From positions 1 to 47,280 of the forward strand of contig CAVVNQ010000017.1 in assembly GCA_963749705.1 (NCBI GenBank): a stretch of DNA of 47,280 nt, given 5' to 3'. This DNA is from an uncultured Chloroflexia bacterium. GTDB taxonomy: Bacteria; Chloroflexota; Limnocylindria; Limnocylindrales; CSP1-4. Shown piece by piece: positions 41,433 to 47,280 of the stretch (within the stretch, counting starts at the first letter, position 1; the number at the start of each line of letters is the position of its first letter). The notes beneath the pieces are model-generated. The model was given only the letters and a program-made list of their open reading frames with translations. It did no database searches and was not told the origin of the DNA. A program made the translations under genes and the position numbers.

Positions 41433-42316
41433 TCACCACCGTCCAGCGCTCCGAGGAGATGACGGCCGGCGCCGCCAGGCTCCGCATCGACGTCATCGGA
41501 CCACACCCCCGCGAGCATGTCCTCGAGGACATGAGCTTCATGAACTACCGGCTCGCCGACGTGCGCGTCGAACCCGAGGTCACGCTCGCCGAGCCCGACA
41601 TCCTGTGGTACCAGGAAGGCGATCGCGACATCGGCTACGACGGGCGCCGGATGACGTTCCGGGGCGACTGGCCGGCGGGGCCCATCCAGAAGGTCATCGT
41701 GTCCATGCTCGCGCTCCGGATGGAGGCCATCGGGCTGCACCCGTTCCACTCGTCGGCGGTCCGTTACCGGGACCGCACGATCCTGTTCCTGGGCGGCGAA
41801 TCGAACCACGGCAAGTCGATGGGCCAGATCGAGGCGTGCCGCCGGGGCGGGATGCTGATCTCGACCGAGACCACCGTCATCGACGAGGACGCGCGGGCGG
41901 TCATGGGCTCCAAGTCGGTGTTCCTCAAGCGTCGGACCGAGGGCACCGAGCGCGCCGACAAGGCGGCGCCCGAGGCGGGCGTCCAGAAGTTCTTCGGCGA
42001 CATGCCGGCGTGGGAGACGTGGCTCGAGCCGAGCGAGGTGGACGTGGTGATCGTGCCCGCGATCGACGGCAACTTCGAGCCGTCGCTGGCCGAGATGATC
42101 CCGTTCGAGCGCCAGTTCCAGACCCTCCACTCGGTCCAGAGCTACTTCCTGCTCAACGAGCTGCTCGCGCCCGGCTTCCCGATGCCGATGGTCGACACGG
42201 AGCCGCTGCGCCGCGCACGGGCGGCGTTCGTCCAGCGCTTCGCGGATCGCCCCTACTACTTCGTCCGTGCCGCGACCCCGCAGGTGCTGCTGGACGAGAT
42301 GGACCGGGTGGTATAA
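41429..42316 (+). CDS. Hypothetical protein with an HPr-kinase-like P-loop
   Basis: FHSSAV...ILFLGGESNHGKS...G..LISTE follows the HxxAV...GxSGxGKS...SDD layout. Confidence 0.6.
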   Translation: MITTVQRSEEMTAGAARLRIDVIGPHPREHVLEDMSFMNYRLADVRVEPEVTLAEPDILWYQEGDRDIGYDGRRMTFRGDWPAGPIQKVIVSMLALRMEAIGLHPFHSSAVRYRDRTILFLGGESNHGKSMGQIEACRRGGMLISTETTVIDEDARAVMGSKSVFLKRRTEGTERADKAAPEAGVQKFFGDMPAWETWLEPSEVDVVIVPAIDGNFEPSLAEMIPFERQFQTLHSVQSYFLLNELLAPGFPMPMVDTEPLRRARAAFVQRFADRPYYFVRAATPQVLLDEMDRVV

Positions 42317-42324
42317 GCCGGACC

Positions 42325-43194
42325 ATGCGCCCGTTCTCGTACCAGCGTCCTGCCACCATCGCCGAGGCCGTCGAGCTGCTCGCGGCCAACGGCGACGAGG
42401 CCCGGGCGCTGGCCGGCGGGACGGACCTGATCATCCGCCTGCGCGACGGGTCGGTCCGGGCGTCGATGGTCGTCGACGTCAAGGGGATCCAGGAGCTCGA
42501 GTCGGGGATCCGCGAAGACGGGGACCGGCTGGTCATCGGCGCACGCACCGTGATGACCGACATCGCCGCGGACGCGCGGGTGCGGCGTGACTTCGCCGCC
42601 CTGGCCGAGGCGGCGGCGGTCGTCGGCTCCGCCCAGATCCGCAACCGGGCCACGCTCGCGGGCAACATCTGCAACGCGTCGCCGGCGGCGGACACCGTGC
42701 CCTCGCTGCTGGTCTACGACGCGACGATCGTTGCCGTGGGCCTGTCCGGCACCCGGCGGCTGGGCATCGACGAGGTGCTGGTGGGACCCGGTCGCACGGC
42801 GCTGGGACCGGGCGAGCTGCTGACGGCGATCGAGCTTCCGCTGCCCATCGAGCCGCGCGGCAGCGTCCACGTCCGGCGCACCCGGCGCCGTGGGCACGAC
42901 CTCGCGTCGGTCACGCTGACCTGCGCGGTCCTCGATGGCGGCCGCACCCGGATCGCGTACGGCAGCCTCGGCCCACGGCCGCTGCTGGTGACCGACGACA
43001 CAGGGGCGCTGTCCGACGCGCGGACCTCGCCGGAGGCGAAGCGCCGCATGCTCGATTCGCTGTTCGCCGATGCCAGCCCGTCGTTGCGGTCGATGCGCGC
43101 CAGCCCCGAGTACCGGCTGGAGATGCTCCGGGTGCTGGCGCTGCGGGCGGTCGACGTCGCCTCCGCGCGGCTGGCCGGAGGCGCGCGGCCATGA
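42325..43194 (+). CDS. Xanthine dehydrogenase-family FAD-binding subunit
   Basis: F.Y.RP.T..EA, LAGGTDL, QIRNRATLAGNICNASPAAD, RAS.EYR. Confidence 0.9.
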   Translation: MRPFSYQRPATIAEAVELLAANGDEARALAGGTDLIIRLRDGSVRASMVVDVKGIQELESGIREDGDRLVIGARTVMTDIAADARVRRDFAALAEAAAVVGSAQIRNRATLAGNICNASPAADTVPSLLVYDATIVAVGLSGTRRLGIDEVLVGPGRTALGPGELLTAIELPLPIEPRGSVHVRRTRRRGHDLASVTLTCAVLDGGRTRIAYGSLGPRPLLVTDDTGALSDARTSPEAKRRMLDSLFADASPSLRSMRASPEYRLEMLRVLALRAVDVASARLAGGARP

Positions 43195-43667
43195 GCGACA
43201 TGCTGGCGATCTCGATCACGGTCAACGGGCGCCGGCGCGACGTCCGGATCGCCGCCCACCACACGCTCCTCGACGTGCTGCGCGACGACCTCGGGCTTAC
43301 CGGGTCCAAGGAGTGCTGCCTGGTCGGGGAGTGCGGCGCGTGCACGGTGATGCTCAACGGGCGGAGCGTCAATTCCTGCCTGGTGCTCGGCGCCGAGGCC
43401 GACGGCGGGGAGGTGCTGACGGTGGAGGGCCTGGCCGCCGCGGGCGGGCTGAGCGCCGTCCAGCAGGCATTCCTCGACCATGGCGCCGTGCAGTGCGGGT
43501 TCTGCATCCCGGGCCAGCTGGTCGCGGCCCACGCGCTGCTGGCCGAGAACCCGCATCCCAGCCGGGCCGACGTCGAGGAGGGGCTGGCCGGCAACCTGTG
43601 CCGGTGCGCGGGCTACCAGCAGATCATCGAGTCCGTGCTGGACGCCGCCGGTGAGGGCGGGCGATGA
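43191..43667 (+). CDS. Xanthine dehydrogenase-family [2Fe-2S] subunit
   Basis: KECCLVGECGAC...NSC, QCGFCIPG, NLCRCAGY. Confidence 0.93.
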   Translation: MSDMLAISITVNGRRRDVRIAAHHTLLDVLRDDLGLTGSKECCLVGECGACTVMLNGRSVNSCLVLGAEADGGEVLTVEGLAAAGGLSAVQQAFLDHGAVQCGFCIPGQLVAAHALLAENPHPSRADVEEGLAGNLCRCAGYQQIIESVLDAAGEGGR

Positions 43668-46022
43668 GCGCGCACGGCGGGCACGGCGGGCGCTCCGGGC
43701 GCGGCGCTCCGGGCGCCGATGACGAGTCCGCGACCAGCGCCCGCTCGGCGCACGGCGTCGGCGGATCGCCGGCCAGGGTCGGTGGCTTCGACCGGGTGAC
43801 CGGCCGGCAGGCGTACGTCGCCGATCTCCACGTCGAGGACGCGCTCCACGTCAAGCTCGTGACCCTCGACTGCGCCCGTGCGCGGATCGACCGGATCGAC
43901 GTGTCCGAGGCGCTCCGCGTGCCCGGCGTCCGCCTGGTCATGACCGCGGCCGACCTGCCCCAGCCGATGCCTCGGTTCGGGCCCCAGCTCCGCGATCGGC
44001 CGGTGCTCGCGGTGGGCGAGACCAAGTATCACGGCGAGCCCGTCGCGGCCGTCGCCGCCGAAACCAAAGATGCCGCCGAGGCCGCAGCGCGCCTCGTCCG
44101 CGTCGAGCACGAGGTCCTGCCGGCCGTGTTCTCGGTCGCCGCGGCGCTCGCCCCCGACGCCCCGCTCGTCCAGGACCCCCGGCTCCGCCCCGACGACCAG
44201 TTGCGGGACACCAACGTGCTCCGCGAGCACCATTACGGGTGGGGGGACGTCGATGCCGCGACGCCGGACGTCGTCGTCGAAGGGACGTATTCGTTCCCGA
44301 TCGTGACCCAGTTCGCCATCGAGCCCCACGCCTTCATCGCCGCACCCGACGGCGACGGGATCGCGGTCTGGAGCTCGATCCAGCACCCCAGCTGGCTCCA
44401 GCGGGTGATCGCGGACCTGCTCCACCTGCCGCTGGCCAAGGTTCGCGTGCTGGCCCCCGATCCGGGCGGCGCCTTCGGCGGCAAGCAGCACGCGAAGCTC
44501 GAGCCGCTGGTCGCGTTCATGGCTCGAGCCGCTGGCCGGCCGGTCCGCCTCGTGCTCAGCCTCGAGGAGTCGTTCCAGGCGGTTCGGCGCGGCGCGTGCG
44601 AGGTCCACGTCCGGTCCGGCTTCCGCGCCGACGGCACGCTGGTGTCGCGCGAGATCCATGCCGACTACCTGATCGGCGCCTACGCGGACATCGCTGACCG
44701 GACCGTGACCAAGGGCGGCTACACGGCCGCTGGGCCGTACCGGACGCCCAACGTCCGGATCGTGGCGCGCAGCGTCCTGTCGCATACCACGCCGTCGACG
44801 GCGTTCCGCGGGTTTGGCAATCCGCAGCAGATTTGGGCCGTGGAATCGAACATGGACGAGGCGGCCCGGGTGCTGGGCATCGATCCCGTGGCGCTCCGCC
44901 TGCGGAACTTCCCCGAGCGGGGGGAGACGTTCATCCCCGGCGACACGCCGGCCGACGGGCGGTGGGCCGAGACGCTCGAGCGGGCGGCCGCGATGCTGGA
45001 CTGGGGCGGGCCGGTCGTGCCGGGTCGCGGGCGGGGCATCGCGGTCGGCCTCAAGTCCGGGCCCACCACCGGCCTGTCGTACTCGACCGTCCGCCTGCTC
45101 GCCGACGGCAGCGTCGTCGTCTACGCGGGAACCTCGGACATGGGCCAGGGTGCGCGCACGATCTTCGCCCAGATCGCCGCCCAGGAGCTCGGGGCGCCGA
45201 TGGACTGGGTCACGGTCGTCATGGGCGACACGTCGACCGTCCCGTACGACCAGCAGACGTCGGCCAGCCGGTCGTCGGTCCTGATGGGCAACGCCGTGCT
45301 GTTCGCGTGCCGCGACATCCAGGCGAGGCTGCGGGCGATGGCCGCGCGCCTGGAAGGGGTCGACGAGGCCGAGGTCGTGGTTGACGGCGGCGTGGTCGCG
45401 ATCGGCGGTCGCGAGCTGCCGATCCGGGACGTGTTGCGGCGCGGTCTGGGGCGCCTGGGCGGCGAGCTGATCGGCGTGGGCGAGATGCGCAAGGAGGCCG
45501 ACCCAGGGCATCCGCTGGGCGGGACGGCGGCGTTCTTCGAGTTCAACTGCACGGCCGTCGAGCTCGAGGTGGACCGGGATACCGGCGACATCGCGATCAC
45601 CCGCCACGTGACCGTGTCCGACGTCGGCCGGGCGCTCAACCCGGCGCAGGTGCGCGGCCAGGACGAGGGCGCCGCCGTGATGGGCCTGGGACACACGCTG
45701 ATGGAGCACATCATCTTCGACGACGCGGGCCGGATCCGGAACCTCGGGCGCGATCGACTACCGGATCCCGACCAGCATGGACCTGCCGCACACCATCGAC
45801 AGCGACATGATCGAGAACGGCGACGGACCCGGTCCGTACGGGGCCAAGGGCATGAGCGAGGGCGCGCTGCTGTGCGTGGCGCCCGCGGTCGCGGCGGCCG
45901 TCCGGGATGCCACGGGTGCGGTCATCCGGGACCTGCCGCTGACGCCCGAGCGCGTGTGGCGGGCGCTCCGCGATCTGCCGGCTGGCGCGGGCAGCGGCAC
46001 GGGCGAGACCGGCCCGCGATGA
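43664..46022 (+). CDS. Xanthine dehydrogenase-family molybdopterin subunit; +1 frameshift at ~45747
   Basis: ATG overlaps the previous TGA; GGAFGGK, AFRGFGNPQ, DMGQG, TSASRS; after the shift DYRIP...GPYGAKGMSEG...LPLTPERV; ~785 aa when corrected. Confidence 0.88.
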
Positions 46023-47280
46023 CCCTGGCCTACCGCCTCGACCACCCGCACGGGCTCCCGCCCGATGAGGTCACTGCGCTGGTCGGCGGCAAGGCGGCCA
46101 ACCTGGGGGTGATGGCCCGCGAGCTCGGCCTGCCGGTCCCGCCAGGCCTCACGATCACGACCGCCGCGTGCCGCGAATACCTCGCATCGGGCTGGCCGGC
46201 CGGCCTGGACGAGGAGCTTCGGGCGCGGATGGCGGACGTCGAGGCGGCGATCGGGCGGCGGTTCGGGGATCCGGCGGACCCGCTCCTCGTCAGCGTCCGG
46301 TCCGGGGCTCCGGTGTCGATGCCCGGCATGATGGACACGATCCTGGACCTCGGGTTGACCGACGCGACCACGGACGGCCTGGCGCGGGCGACCAACGACG
46401 ATGCGTTCGCGCGCGACTGCCGGCGACGGTTCGAGGCGATGTTCCGCGAGATCGTGGGTCGGGAGGTCCCGGACGAGCCGTGGGCCCAGCTGCGCCTCGC
46501 CGTGGAAGCGGTGTTCCGCTCGTGGAACAGCGATCGGGCGCGCGCCTACCGCCGGCGCGAGGGGATCGCGGACGACATCGGGACCGGGGTCACCGTCCAG
46601 GCGATGGTGTTCGGCAACCGCGGCGCCAATTCGGCGACGGGCGTCGTGTTCACGCGCAACCCCGCCACGGGCGAGCCCGGGCTGTACGGCGACGTGATGT
46701 TCGGGGCCCAGGGCGAGGACGTCGTCGCGGGGACGCACGCGACCCAGCCGCTCGCGGTCCTCGACGAGCGCCTGCCGGCGGTCGGGCGAGAGCTTCGCGA
46801 TCACGCCGTGCGGCTCGAGCGCCACTTCCGCGACCTGTGCGACATCGAGTTCACGGTGGAGCAGGGGAGGCTGTGGCTGCTCCAGGTCCGGGTCGGCAAG
46901 CGGAGCCCGCGGGCCGCGCTGCGGATCGCGCTGGACATGGCCAGCGACGACGCGTTCCCGCTGACCCGCGCGCGAGGCCGTCGAACGGGTGGCCGCGATC
47001 CTCGCCGATCCGCCGCGCGTCGCCTCACAACGGGATCCCGGCGCGACCTCGATCGGCACCGGCCTCGGGGCATCGCCGGGCGTCGCGAGCGGCGACATCG
47101 TGACCAGCCCGGAGGCGGCCGTCCGGCTCGCCGACGCCGGGGGTTCGCCGATCCTCGTGCGCGCCGAGACATCCCCGGACGACGTCCACGGCATGGCGCG
47201 CGCCGCGGGCATCCTGACCGCGCGCGGCGGGCTGGCCAGCCACGCCGCCGTGGTCGCGCGTGGGTGGGGGATCCCGGCCG
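46019..47280 (+). CDS. Pyruvate phosphate dikinase-like protein (ATP-grasp + His domain), partial; frameshift near 46970
   Basis: [54 protein letters not shown]; after the shift GLGASPG...[18 protein letters not shown]; runs off the window. Confidence 0.85.
   Translation, partial: MTLAYRLDHPHGLPPDEVTALVGGKAANLGVMARELGLPVPPGLTITTAACREYLASGWPAGLDEELRARMADVEAAIGRRFGDPADPLLVSVRSGAPVSMPGMMDTILDLGLTDATTDGLARATNDDAFARDCRRRFEAMFREIVGREVPDEPWAQLRLAVEAVFRSWNSDRARAYRRREGIADDIGTGVTVQAMVFGNRGANSATGVVFTRNPATGEPGLYGDVMFGAQGEDVVAGTHATQPLAVLDERLPAVGRELRDHAVRLERHFRDLCDIEFTVEQGRLWLLQVRVGKRSPRAALRIALDMASDDAFPLTRARGRRTGGRDPRRSAARRLTTGSRRDLDRHRPRGIAGRRERRHRDQPGGGRPARRRRGFADPRARRDIPGRRPRHGARRGHPDRARRAGQPRRRGRAWVGDPG

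Noticed and set aside
42325-46022. Aerobic CO dehydrogenase or 4-hydroxybenzoyl-CoA reductase
   Set aside because: Active-site loop is AFRGFG rather than AYRCSFR, and the FAD subunit has no [4Fe-4S] Cys insert
43664-47280. Natural Mo-subunit/PPDK fusion protein
   Set aside because: Arises only from the +1 shift at ~45747; the true Mo-subunit C-terminus is in another frame and ends at 46022

Overview
Very GC-rich bacterial chromosome segment; the gene repertoire suggests Chloroflexota or a related actinobacteria-like lineage (inference only). From left to right: (1) a 4.67-kb integrase-less islet bounded by a 287-bp direct repeat of the 3' end of a metallo-beta-lactamase-fold hydrolase gene, carrying a 920-aa secreted Ig-repeat protein and a small secreted protein; (2) a membrane protein, a MoaD-MoaE fusion, a degenerate orphan lysine 5,6-aminomutase alpha homolog, an HxlR regulator/HtrA protease pair and tyrosine phenol-lyase; (3) a liuC/B/D/E-type 3-methylcrotonyl-CoA degradation operon; (4) an XRE-HTH + PD-(D/E)XK-like gene preceded by a regularly spaced palindromic repeat array; (5) a ~12-kb corrinoid methyl-transfer cluster (three non-pyrrolysine MttB paralogs, corrinoid protein, RACo activator, MetF-MetV-like fusion, pterin-binding methyltransferase, DUF1638, UroD-family methyltransferase); (6) small hypothetical genes, an OmpR/BaeS-type two-component pair and a Phd-VapC toxin-antitoxin pair; (7) a GntR-associated catabolic cluster combining a phenylphosphate-synthase-like phosphotransferase subunit, an HPr-kinase-like P-loop protein, a three-subunit xanthine-dehydrogenase-family Mo enzyme and a short PPDK-like protein that runs off the window. 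Four apparent +1 frameshifts in G/C runs are probably long-read errors. No tRNA, rRNA, CRISPR-Cas, transposase or integrase was recognised. All family assignments are by eye from motifs; no database search was run.
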